From the sequence record MK552327.1: a DNA stretch of 40,000 nucleotides; one strand, 5' to 3'. The stretch is from Pseudomonas phage Psa21. The notes under the pieces are model-generated. The model did not search any database, was not told the DNA's origin, and saw nothing but the letters and a program-made list of their open reading frames with translations. Positions 17,924 through 27,136 of the stretch are shown piece after piece; positions within the stretch are counted from its first letter, which is position 1, and every line of letters starts with the position of its first letter. Both the position numbers and the translations under genes were made by a program.

Positions 17924-18521
17924 AGAACGCATTGCACGGGAGATGGGTGAACGACCTAAGGAATATGCTACTAAAATTCTTAATGCCGTAGATCAGAATC
18001 TTCCGACTATTAATGAATCAGCATTTGTGCATCAGGTAATACCCTTGCTGCAAAAGATTCTGGTTCCAGCCAACCGTAAAGCGTATCAACGTTTTGTAGT
18101 TGACTTAATGATGCCACTCAAAGTAGTGGATGATCATGACAAAACAAAAGTGCTGCATTTGGTACCACCGTTGACTCGTACACCGAGAACAACTGTCCCC
18201 CAGGCAGATGGTGGTTTATCAGTGGGTGACGTTATCCACAACATGAACCGTTATCGTGATCTACATCGTGTCGATTTGATTGATGACACAATGCGTGGTT
18301 TCTTACACCAGATTACGATTCTACCGGATACCATCGAAGATATACTTTTACCCATACACCGTATCCTACAGGCGTATGGCAAAGAACTCGATGTAACTGC
18401 CGATGCAAGCAACCCATTGGGTAAAGATGCTCTTCCTCCGTCAGCGGATAAAAAGGGGGAGCTAGTCTCTACCCTTTCTAATCCATCTAGTTGTTTTACT
18501 GACGAAGAAGATGAAGACTGA
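17877..18521 (+). CDS. hypothetical protein
   Basis: ATG 17877 (MEFAQPKPVNPKSAREERIARE...) overlaps the previous gene. Confidence 0.6.
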   Translation: MEFAQPKPVNPKSAREERIAREMGERPKEYATKILNAVDQNLPTINESAFVHQVIPLLQKILVPANRKAYQRFVVDLMMPLKVVDDHDKTKVLHLVPPLTRTPRTTVPQADGGLSVGDVIHNMNRYRDLHRVDLIDDTMRGFLHQITILPDTIEDILLPIHRILQAYGKELDVTADASNPLGKDALPPSADKKGELVSTLSNPSSCFTDEEDED

Positions 18522-19650
18522 TTTAACTAAAACACCAGGCTTCTTTCGTTATCTAAGTTTAGGCGATGTCCATCTTGGGCATCGTTCTACTCCTACTGCA
18601 ATGATTATTCGTAATCTGGAATTAACGATTACTGATGAGTTGCTAAAAGAAGTAGACATGTTAATCATTACAGGTGACCTGTTTGATCGACAGCTTAACA
18701 ATGGTGATGAAGTAGTGCACCAGATCAACCGTTGGATTACATTGCTCATGCTGCGCTGTGCAGCTTTTAAAGTGATGATTCGAATTGTTGAAGGGACTCC
18801 AAGCCACGACCGAGAGCAATCTCGTTTTTTCACTGAGCAGCGTGTCAATGCGGATATTGATGTTGACCTGCATTACACTAAGAATCTGTCCATCGAATAC
18901 ATCGAGCGATTAGATTCCTATTTCCTTTATGTCCCTGATAAACACAATCCTTCAACTGATGTCACATTGGCAGAAGTTAAATTACGGATGGCTGAACTAG
19001 GTATTGAGAAAGTAGACTTTGCAATTATGCACGGAGCATTCTCTTATCAACTTCCAGCTATTGTCCCTGAACCTACCCACAACGAGGAAGAGTATCTCAA
19101 ACTTGTTAAACACCAAATCTTGATTGGTCATGTTCACTTAATGACTATTCGTGAAAGGATTTTGGCAGCAGGTAGCTTTGACCGTATTTGTCATAATGAC
19201 GAAGGCGCTAAAGGGATGTTTAAGGTAACCGTTAAAGATGACGGAACCTGGGAAAACGTATTCATTGAAAACAGAGGTGCTAAGAAATATGTAACTCTGG
19301 ATTGTCATGGCATGGACACAAAGCAACTAAACTTTGCGATCCGTGAATTCATTAAAGGTCTGGATAAAGGATCTGCGGTGCGTTTACGTTGTAATCCGAA
19401 TGATGTTGCTAACGGTGATATTGAAACATACCGTCGTGAATTCCCTTTGCTGGATTGGACCGTTACAGTTGACAAAGTTGAATCTAAAAAGAATACCGTT
19501 GCTGAAACTTTTCAAGCCTTTGATATGGCACAGTTTAAAGCAATTACCCGTGACTCAATAAAAGAACTCCTGATACCGGCGTTGGCTAAGTTTGCCCCTG
19601 ATGAGGCGGCAATCATGCGCTGCCTACAGAGGTTGGATGGCTTAGCCTAG
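18511..19650 (+). CDS. SbcD/Mre11-like metallophosphoesterase (DNA repair/recombination nuclease)
   Basis: Calcineurin-like motifs in order: GDVHLGH, GDLFDRQ, EGTPSHD, MHGAFSY, GHVH. Confidence 0.85.
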   Translation: MKTDLTKTPGFFRYLSLGDVHLGHRSTPTAMIIRNLELTITDELLKEVDMLIITGDLFDRQLNNGDEVVHQINRWITLLMLRCAAFKVMIRIVEGTPSHDREQSRFFTEQRVNADIDVDLHYTKNLSIEYIERLDSYFLYVPDKHNPSTDVTLAEVKLRMAELGIEKVDFAIMHGAFSYQLPAIVPEPTHNEEEYLKLVKHQILIGHVHLMTIRERILAAGSFDRICHNDEGAKGMFKVTVKDDGTWENVFIENRGAKKYVTLDCHGMDTKQLNFAIREFIKGLDKGSAVRLRCNPNDVANGDIETYRREFPLLDWTVTVDKVESKKNTVAETFQAFDMAQFKAITRDSIKELLIPALAKFAPDEAAIMRCLQRLDGLA

Positions 19651-19659
19651 AGGCATTAA

Positions 19660-20493
19660 ATGGATATCATCGAAAGAGACGTAGGTCAGATACCGGTCAG
19701 TATCGGGACATCTCTTGCTTTCGAAGGTTTGTTGGGTATACACCCGAATCAACCCGTACAGCCGACCAACGTTAAAACAATTCAAACCGTTTGGGTTAAC
19801 CTCCGAACTTTGGCACGCAATTTGTTTCAAGCTGTGCCTACAGACAAAGCACTTGAGTTGGATTACACCAACTCAGTTGCAGTGCTGTTAAATGAGACAC
19901 AGGTTTTACCCGTAGCTTTATCCCAAAAAGGATTCACAGGTAAAGTCCGCTACTACCTGGCTTCTAAAGATGCAGTCAAATGGTCTTTCCCTAAAGCAAA
20001 CTTCAAAGAACTGAAAAGTCCTAAGCAGATTGCTTTTGATATGTTTGAACGTTTCGTCAGTATTGAACTCTATCAACAAATGAAAGAGCTTAAGATGGAC
20101 GTAATGGAAATTGACATGAAGCCTAAGTCTGGTGAAGGCATTGTAGCTATCATGACGCACTACCCACATGAACTTTTGTGGAAGCCTCAATTCAGTCGAC
20201 TCCTGTTGTTAGAATCACACACAGGTAAGCTAAAGACTTATAACACTTGGTACACGAAACTAAACGGTATCAGTGAAAACGAATACCCTATGCCATTCAC
20301 TGAGTTTACACTTCAAGTGTTTGGAGATGGGGAACTAATCGCCCCGCAACAGCCACGATCTATTCTTAAAGAACTCAAAGAGCTTTCTAAGGCTAAGAAG
20401 TGGACAGGTATTACAACTCCAGACAAACTCTATCACGATATCATGGGTTCGTCTAAGGAATTGAAAGACCTGTATAAGCTACTCAGGAAATAA
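19660..20493 (+). CDS. hypothetical phage protein
   Basis: 277-aa ORF in the replication/recombination cluster. Confidence 0.75.
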   Translation: MDIIERDVGQIPVSIGTSLAFEGLLGIHPNQPVQPTNVKTIQTVWVNLRTLARNLFQAVPTDKALELDYTNSVAVLLNETQVLPVALSQKGFTGKVRYYLASKDAVKWSFPKANFKELKSPKQIAFDMFERFVSIELYQQMKELKMDVMEIDMKPKSGEGIVAIMTHYPHELLWKPQFSRLLLLESHTGKLKTYNTWYTKLNGISENEYPMPFTEFTLQVFGDGELIAPQQPRSILKELKELSKAKKWTGITTPDKLYHDIMGSSKELKDLYKLLRK

Positions 20494-20573
20494 TACTGGG
20501 TAGCTCAATGTTACGTGACTAAAACCCGCAAGCGCAGCGGAATCAAAAAGAAAAATCCGATCGGAGTATCAAC

Positions 20574-21323
20574 ATGTCTCAAGGCAACATGCCTGCACCA
20601 ATTTTGAACGCATTCTCTGTAATGTCTACTTGGTTGTATGCAGCACCAGTTCAAGGTTCTACCAAACGTCCTTCTATCCGTTTCGGTGTTCGTGGTAACG
20701 TTCCAACTATCTTTACCAAGACTGCTGTCGATGGTGATGAAAACCATGGTAAGATCGATTTCCGTATGGATCTGGCTACCTTTGCTGCAGCAATGCATTA
20801 TGCAAAGAACCTGATCAACAAAGTCGAAGGTACTCCACAGAAACGCGTCTTCATTTATCAAGACGATTTCCTGGCTGGTAAGAAACTGGACAAAACCATT
20901 CCACTCTCGAAGTGGGAAATTGGTCGTGCTCAAGATGGTCGTGTTTACATGGCTGTACTCAGTACTAAAACCAGTCGTCCACGCATTCCATTCTTCTTTG
21001 GTCCATCGAAGTACCATTCCATTCAAAATGGCGATGGTTCTGAAATCACTCCAGAAGAAATGTCTGAAGCGTACGGCATGGGTTTCCTGGTACCAGCAGA
21101 AGCTATCATTTACAACCTGATGGTTTCCCAGTTTGATCAAAATGCTAAGAACGTTGCTAACCCAGCCAACTTCGGTGGTGGTAATGGCGGTGGCGGTGGT
21201 CAACGCCAAGGTGGTAATGGCGGCGGTAACTACGGTGGAAACCGTGGCGGCAACAGTGGTGGTAATTCCAGTTCCGGTGGCTTCACAGATGACGGCGGGT
21301 TTGGCGACGTAATGGCCTTCTGA
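20574..21323 (+). CDS. candidate single-stranded DNA-binding protein with Gly-rich tail
   Basis: 249 aa. N-terminal beta-rich domain, then GGGNGGGGGQRQGGNGGGNYGGNRGG..., ending DDGGFGDVMAF, like SSB tails with an acidic/aromatic C-terminal tip. Confidence 0.5.
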   Translation: MSQGNMPAPILNAFSVMSTWLYAAPVQGSTKRPSIRFGVRGNVPTIFTKTAVDGDENHGKIDFRMDLATFAAAMHYAKNLINKVEGTPQKRVFIYQDDFLAGKKLDKTIPLSKWEIGRAQDGRVYMAVLSTKTSRPRIPFFFGPSKYHSIQNGDGSEITPEEMSEAYGMGFLVPAEAIIYNLMVSQFDQNAKNVANPANFGGGNGGGGGQRQGGNGGGNYGGNRGGNSGGNSSSGGFTDDGGFGDVMAF

Positions 21324-21381
21324 TAAAAAGTTTTTGAGTGTCCTCTTAGGAGGATGCTCTATGCCCCAACGTAAGGACTGC

Positions 21382-21406
21382 AAAAAATCTCAGATCTATA
21401 TTACTA
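21382..21406 (+). promoter_or_regulatory. early-type promoter copy upstream of GIY-YIG ORF
   Basis: aaaaaatctcagatctatattacta, 25 nt identical to 10853-10877, with TATATTAC at 21397-21404. Confidence 0.6.
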
Positions 21407-21436
21407 AATTGTAGTAGCGGATTAAAAAGGCGAAAC

Positions 21437-22018
21437 ATGAACACAGGCGCGTATGTAATAAAACATCGGTCTGGGATATTTTACATTGGTAGTGCAACTG
21501 ATCTAATTAAACGTAGAGATGAGCACAACTCCAGGTTGAAAAACAATGGCCATCATTGTAAACGTCTTCAAACTGCATTCAATGCCAATGGTGATTTAAT
21601 CTGGGAATATTATTATACCACCACTCGCGAAGAAGCTTATGAGATGGAGAAAAAGTTAATTAAGCAACATGCAAATGATCCTGGGCTTACAAATCAATTT
21701 CATAATGGGTATAAACCACCATCACTAGTAAAAGCAGTTAAAAAATCTGCAGATCTTCGTCGAGGTGTTACTCTTAGTAATGAACATAAAACAAATATTT
21801 CAAATGGACTATTGAAAGCAAACATTTCACCTGAAGCTAGAAATGCAAGAGTAGCAAGAAAGAAAAAGCCAGTTATAATTAACGATAAAAAATACGCTAG
21901 CGCAAAAGACGCAGCCAAAATATTAAATGTCGATGATGTAACTTTGCTTCGTCGTTGTAGAAGCGACAATCCTAAGTTTGCCAACTGGCAAATGGCTTTA
22001 TGTGAAGAGGCGCTGTAA
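21437..22018 (+). CDS. GIY-YIG homing endonuclease (SegA-like, free-standing)
   Basis: N-terminal GAYVIKHRSGIFYIGSATDLIKRRDEHNSRLKNN...; C-terminal SLVKAVKKSADLRRG...NEHKTNISN..., NUMOD-like DNA-binding repeats. AT-rich compared with its neighbours. Confidence 0.9.
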   Translation: MNTGAYVIKHRSGIFYIGSATDLIKRRDEHNSRLKNNGHHCKRLQTAFNANGDLIWEYYYTTTREEAYEMEKKLIKQHANDPGLTNQFHNGYKPPSLVKAVKKSADLRRGVTLSNEHKTNISNGLLKANISPEARNARVARKKKPVIINDKKYASAKDAAKILNVDDVTLLRRCRSDNPKFANWQMALCEEAL

Positions 22019-23592
22019 TGCGATTAGTTGTTTCAGGAATTCAAGGTAGTGGCTTTACAGAAGTAACTGCGGAACACAATGGGCAGAAACTAGCCTTCAC
22101 AACAAAGATCTATTGCAAGGTCAAACTTGCAGACCAGCAGCGTGTATTCAAAGAAATCAATAGCTACTGGGAATTCATTGGGGATGAAAAACAACAGAAG
22201 ATCTGGGAGTCGTATCAGCGTATCCATGAAATTCTAAACATGTCTTTGGATACCATGCGTGTGGCAATGTCATTGCGACATTACATTCGTGAGATGTATA
22301 CGCACATGCCAATGAACGGCATGCGTAAATGGTTGTCCACTATGGGTAACTTGTTTATCCCAATAGAAATTGAAAGACAGATTACTGCTGAATCGCGCTA
22401 CAACAAAAAAGAACAAACGTATCTTGAACACGAATACATCAACTTGGCTACTGTCTCGTTGGCTATTCGTCCGATGATTCCGATCTTTGGTGAATATCTC
22501 GAAAGCAGTTCCGAGTATGATCACAACAAAGAAACAGAAGTGTTGGGTTTGTTGCATGATTGTGAAGTGGCAAACTGGCCATTGAATGAAGTCGGTCCTC
22601 ACGGCGAGGAAGTTGATACAGCTTTCGATAAGCTAGCTGGCTACGTACAGTTTTGTGTAGAAGATGAACCAACTACATTGGGTCGTCTATGGCGAGGTAC
22701 TTCTTCTGTAGAAGTTCCCGTACACTTGCGTTCTAAAGTACTGGTCCGTCGATTGACTATTGTTCCATTGGATGACATTACATCGTTCTCCATTGTAGCT
22801 AATGCGTATCGATATGTTCGGAGTATCATTAATCCGAATGAGCGCACCACAGCTGAAAGAGTCAACGAAAAGAAACCAGAGTCTGGCGGTGACGAAGATG
22901 AAAAGACTTCGTTCTTGGAAGCACATAAAACCAAGCACCGTGTTCCACCTGGAGACATTGAAGCATTTAACCTGGATACTAACGATCATGTTAAGTTAGC
23001 TCAACGAGTTGACCCAACAGTAGATCTGAAAAAGCTTCAGTTGTGTGTCAATGCAATCCGTAATGTGTCAAACGTTTCAATCAATCCACACCAAGTGAAG
23101 ATTGCTCAATGGGTAATGGCAAAAGCCTTTCCAGCTAAAGCATTCTACCACATTAACAAAGTTGCTACCAACAACATGCTCGCTACTGCTCAAGCATTGC
23201 TTTGGCATTGGGGTTTCCTGGACATCGCGGTGTTCCAGCAAGTAGAGTTGTTGAAGCAAGGGGAATCTGGTTCTCAATTCCAATTGGGTTCCACACGTAC
23301 AAACTCTCGCATTCCGAATCGTTATAAAGACGAACTGAATGAATTGTTTCCCCATCAGAAAGCACCTCAGTATACTAATGCTGGCATGCCTATGCGTACA
23401 GAAAACATGGCTGGCACTGCTATTAGTACCGCCACTGCGTCGATCCACGCATCCAATTGGATCTATCGTGGTCCTACGGAACTGTATAAAGAAGCTGGTC
23501 AAGTAACCAGTAACCAAGTACTGATTATTCCGCAAACCATCAAAGCTACACTGACAGAACTCGTTCTGCATCTGGGTCGTCTTAATAAGTAA
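22018..23592 (+). CDS. candidate nvRNAP fifth subunit (phiKZ gp68-like) by synteny and size
   Basis: 524-aa ORF three genes upstream of the RNAP beta C-terminal fragment. Size and order resemble gp68 as I recall. No sequence motif recognised. Confidence 0.4.
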   Translation: MRLVVSGIQGSGFTEVTAEHNGQKLAFTTKIYCKVKLADQQRVFKEINSYWEFIGDEKQQKIWESYQRIHEILNMSLDTMRVAMSLRHYIREMYTHMPMNGMRKWLSTMGNLFIPIEIERQITAESRYNKKEQTYLEHEYINLATVSLAIRPMIPIFGEYLESSSEYDHNKETEVLGLLHDCEVANWPLNEVGPHGEEVDTAFDKLAGYVQFCVEDEPTTLGRLWRGTSSVEVPVHLRSKVLVRRLTIVPLDDITSFSIVANAYRYVRSIINPNERTTAERVNEKKPESGGDEDEKTSFLEAHKTKHRVPPGDIEAFNLDTNDHVKLAQRVDPTVDLKKLQLCVNAIRNVSNVSINPHQVKIAQWVMAKAFPAKAFYHINKVATNNMLATAQALLWHWGFLDIAVFQQVELLKQGESGSQFQLGSTRTNSRIPNRYKDELNELFPHQKAPQYTNAGMPMRTENMAGTAISTATASIHASNWIYRGPTELYKEAGQVTSNQVLIIPQTIKATLTELVLHLGRLNK

Positions 23593-23607
23593 TCGTGAGG
23601 TAGTTCA

Positions 23608-25296
23608 ATGTTCAACCCCATGGCTGGTATGGGTAATCCAAGTGTCCGTATCGGTAATCTTGTCCTGGTTCAATCCGGCACTTACCAAGAGCAACACGTT
23701 CGTCCGTTTCAGATGAATGTATCCACTGATGTGATTAACCAATTGCATCAAGTAACTCGGGGTGGTATGAACCTGGGTGTATCTGCAGTACAAGACATTG
23801 CTGGATCTATCGTGCAACCTGCTGCCATGACTGAAGGTCTGGTAAACATCTGGGGCGATGGCTGGCGTTCCCGCCGCTTCCGTGGTTTCCTGCGTGTACA
23901 TGAACAACATCCACTGATTAAAGATACTTCTACACAACGTATCTTCTTCATCTATACTGACCAGTGTGATGTAAGCTATACCGATCGCCTTGATCCACAA
24001 ATGCGTGTGTACTTTAACTCTGAAACCGTAATTGCGGAACAAGTTAAGAACACCCCAATGGGTCTGCAAAAGACTGCAAAAGTAGTATCCGCAAACCAGA
24101 TCGTTACTCCTGTCGATATGATGGCTGGCAACAATGGCTTGTTCAGTACTGCTGCTTCACACTTGATCCGTCCTGAAGATGTATTCTCGATCGGTCACAC
24201 ACAAGCAATCGTTCAACGTCTGCAAGACTCTGGTCGTTTCCAGGGTACTATCAACCGCATGCATGATCACCGCACGATGGTTGGTGAATGTGGTGCTTAT
24301 CAATATTCGCATCGTCAAGATACTTCGCCAGTTCGGTATGTATCTAACGCACTGGGTGCTTTCCAGCATTCCGTTCGTGAAGCAGACATGTTGAGTGATG
24401 ATAACTTTGGTAATGCCGCAGCTAACTCGAAAGAGCATCTGTATGGCGAAGCGCAGTCATATGCAGCTAACCAAAACATCCACAGCAACTCGTTCTTGGC
24501 TATTTTGAAAGAACGTGCTGGTTACATGGAACGTGGTTACGTTACATGGGGTGAACTGTGTGGACTGTTCCCTGAACTGGTGCAGCAACACGGTTGTGCT
24601 CAATGGGCCATGGATAATGGTCAGTCGATGCGTAAGGTAAACTTTGCCGAATCGTCGATGCACTTCCATGGTGCTGACATGACTTCGATTGCAGCTGCTA
24701 CTCTGGCTCAGACTATCCCATCGTTGATGATGGATACGTTCCTGCGCCACGTAAGCTTTGCTGTAACCAATGGCGACATGCCTGGTACGTATCGTTTCGA
24801 GTTTCATGGTGAAGGCATTAAGTCTATCATGGAAGGCGTAGACATGCGTGGGTATCTGATTGAATTCGAACGTCGGCTGGCTACAGATGCCTTGAACACA
24901 ATCTCCATGAATAACCAGATGTCATTCCAACTATCCATGTCTTCCGACTTGGCTGGTGATTCGGTTATTGATATCAGCCTGAATGGTGAGCAGGTTGTTC
25001 GTTTCGTAGCACCAACATTTACCGATGGTCTGTTTACTCCGGTCATCACCCGAGATGCGGCTAAAGCCAATAAGATCTCAAACGACATGCTGTACCTGGT
25101 GTCGGAAGTTGTGCCTAACGCACCTAAGCATGCAGCTATGCTGGCAATGCAAAACGTAGGCCAAAATTTTCCACAACAAACGCAACATGAGCAATTCATG
25201 GTCACGCCTTATCAGCATCCAACCATGCCTGCAGCAAACTACAACCCTACAATTCAACAAGGTACATTGAATGCTATCTCTTTCGAAGGTCTATGA
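23608..25296 (+). CDS. candidate PicA/Imp1-like (phiKZ gp69 position) nuclear import factor
   Basis: 562-aa ORF located between the gp68-like and RNAP beta-C genes. Synteny only. Confidence 0.4.
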   Translation: MFNPMAGMGNPSVRIGNLVLVQSGTYQEQHVRPFQMNVSTDVINQLHQVTRGGMNLGVSAVQDIAGSIVQPAAMTEGLVNIWGDGWRSRRFRGFLRVHEQHPLIKDTSTQRIFFIYTDQCDVSYTDRLDPQMRVYFNSETVIAEQVKNTPMGLQKTAKVVSANQIVTPVDMMAGNNGLFSTAASHLIRPEDVFSIGHTQAIVQRLQDSGRFQGTINRMHDHRTMVGECGAYQYSHRQDTSPVRYVSNALGAFQHSVREADMLSDDNFGNAAANSKEHLYGEAQSYAANQNIHSNSFLAILKERAGYMERGYVTWGELCGLFPELVQQHGCAQWAMDNGQSMRKVNFAESSMHFHGADMTSIAAATLAQTIPSLMMDTFLRHVSFAVTNGDMPGTYRFEFHGEGIKSIMEGVDMRGYLIEFERRLATDALNTISMNNQMSFQLSMSSDLAGDSVIDISLNGEQVVRFVAPTFTDGLFTPVITRDAAKANKISNDMLYLVSEVVPNAPKHAAMLAMQNVGQNFPQQTQHEQFMVTPYQHPTMPAANYNPTIQQGTLNAISFEGL

Positions 25297-26668
25297 GGGT
25301 ATCCTGCGGTCCATGCAGTATGACGTGGACGAAACAGGATTGGTAAGTATCCTCACTCCAACGGGTACTAAAGCCGAAGCAAAAGTCAACGGCGCTCGTT
25401 TGGTAGTTCCGACTCAGAAGCGTCTGCGTGATGGCTTCACGGAAGATCTGCAACCTTACCACCCACTGTGCGAAAGTATTTCTCGCCGTGGTACTTCACC
25501 AGTGCTGCAACACATGCAGCGCTCGGTTAAGCAACACCTGGGTTTCTTGATCTCGTTCTTGGCAGATGCTCTGGTTAAGGTATCGCTGAATACCTCGATT
25601 CATAAAGACCTGCCACCCGATCTGTCTGATGTACTGATGAAGCTTACTGGTGTCACGGATAAAACCGAAGAACTGCTGGGCAAGCTGATTCAAGCAGCAC
25701 ACAAACAAAACAAACTGATCACAGTTTATCTGAAAGGTCCTGGTACATTCCAAGGCCAGAAAGTAAACCGGATTGCTGTTATCCGTTTTCCAATCCTGGA
25801 TGAACTGGATAATGATGCTGCCAAAGATCTGGTACTGGGCGTTAAGGTTCCGACCAAACAACGCAAAGTAATCTCCAGTCTGCTGCGCATGATTGTTCCG
25901 CATGGCGATAACTCTGAAGAATACTCGGCTGGTACTGTTAGCCGTGTAGCTCCATTCTTCACTGCGTTCTTGCAAGCATATCACAAGATCGCAACTCGCT
26001 TGAACCAATCGATCAACCGTTTTGCTGGTCCTTTGGCTCTGCCATTGAAACCAATTGAACTGTATCCATTGGAATGGCTGGATGAGTTCCCGAACATCTA
26101 CAATCAAATCCCATCGCTGAATGGTAATGATGGTGGTACTGATGAAGTAGCTGAAGAAACGGTAGCCCCTGCTGTGCAACCTCAGCAACAACGTCAACAA
26201 ACCGTTACGCCACAGTTGACCGGTAACATGCCGCAACTGGCTAACATGTTTGCACCACAGCAAAACGTTGTTCCACAACAACAGCGTCCAGCATCGGCTT
26301 CTGCACCACAAAACCAAAAGCCAAAACAATCGGTAGCTGATATGCTGCGTGGTAGCCAACCACAAATGCCACAGTACCAGCAACAACCAATGTATCAACA
26401 GCCGCAGCAAATGATGCAATACCCACAGCAGCAGATGGTCAACCAATACGGTCAGATCATTCAGCAACCCATGATGGCTCCGCCTAATGGCCAAGTGCAG
26501 TTGCCGTGGATGCAACAACAGCAGCAACAGATGCAACCACAAAACCCGTACCTGCAAGTGTTTCAACAGCCGCAGCAAATGATGCAACAACCGCAATACG
26601 GTCAGCAATTCCAGCAGTATCAACAACAACCCCAACAGTTCCAGCAATACGGAACTAACGGGCTGTAA
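25271..26668 (+). CDS. hypothetical protein with long Gln/Pro-rich disordered C-terminus (phiKZ gp70 position)
   Basis: 465-aa ORF. The tail has QQQQQMQPQNPYLQVFQQPQQMMQQPQYGQQFQQYQQQPQQFQQYG. Confidence 0.75.
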   Translation: MLSLSKVYEGILRSMQYDVDETGLVSILTPTGTKAEAKVNGARLVVPTQKRLRDGFTEDLQPYHPLCESISRRGTSPVLQHMQRSVKQHLGFLISFLADALVKVSLNTSIHKDLPPDLSDVLMKLTGVTDKTEELLGKLIQAAHKQNKLITVYLKGPGTFQGQKVNRIAVIRFPILDELDNDAAKDLVLGVKVPTKQRKVISSLLRMIVPHGDNSEEYSAGTVSRVAPFFTAFLQAYHKIATRLNQSINRFAGPLALPLKPIELYPLEWLDEFPNIYNQIPSLNGNDGGTDEVAEETVAPAVQPQQQRQQTVTPQLTGNMPQLANMFAPQQNVVPQQQRPASASAPQNQKPKQSVADMLRGSQPQMPQYQQQPMYQQPQQMMQYPQQQMVNQYGQIIQQPMMAPPNGQVQLPWMQQQQQQMQPQNPYLQVFQQPQQMMQQPQYGQQFQQYQQQPQQFQQYGTNGL

Positions 26669-26676
26669 CGACATAT

Positions 26677-26696
26677 TGGGAGCCTTCGGGCTCCCA
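26677..26696. terminator. hairpin between convergent genes
   Basis: TGGGAGCC-TTCG-GGCTCCCA. Confidence 0.8.
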
Positions 26697-26703
26697 GTAT
26701 TCA

Positions 26704-27066
26704 TTTAAATTTTCTACTCATATAGAGTCGAACGATCCCATCGATCAAGTTTTGGTTTGGTCTAATGAGTACAGGTCGTACTAATGGGTTACTGTCATCA
26801 CGCATTTCTTTAGCGAACTGATTCGGATTAGTCATCCCATTCATTCGTAAATGAATAAAATGGTATTCTGGGGAAATACCTTTCTCTACTAGATAACCAT
26901 AAAAATCACCTTCGTATTGATAGAAGAGGTCTAGCGGAATATCTTCACGTGCAGCAGCCCGATTGATTAGAATGTTGAGATGCGTCTCTAACACTAATCT
27001 GAAATCTGGGTCGTAGTATAAATCATCACCGGGCTTGGCCATATTTTCAAAGATTGTGAATGCCAT
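26704..27066 (-). CDS. hypothetical phage protein
   Basis: 120-aa minus-strand ORF with AGGAA upstream of its ATG (27066); bracketed by a convergent terminator and a divergent junction. Confidence 0.7.
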
Positions 27067-27086
27067 TGTAGTTCCTATTGCATTGG

Positions 27087-27105
27087 ATTTGAAATCTATA
27101 TCATT
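27087..27105. promoter_or_regulatory. candidate divergent promoter element (repeat copy 2)
   Basis: ATTTGAAATCTATATCATT, identical to 8934-8952, between a minus gene and the RNAP beta-C gene. Confidence 0.45.
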
Positions 27106-27136
27106 GATTGGCTAAACCAACTGGAGTATTGCAAAC

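Noticed and set aside
19334-19561. 75-aa plus-strand ORF inside the SbcD-like gene
   Set aside because: Internal out-of-frame ORF without support; the enclosing ORF has clear metallophosphoesterase motifs.
20511-21383. 290-aa minus-strand ORF
   Set aside because: It is antisense to the SSB-like gene; the TTTTATTTVSTV translation reflects the reverse complement of Gly-rich codons.
25496-26704. 402-aa minus-strand ORF
   Set aside because: It is antisense to the Q/P-rich gene; the Leu-rich translation (LLLLELLTVLRLLHHLL) is an artefact of reversed CAG/CAA codons, and the plus strand is well supported.
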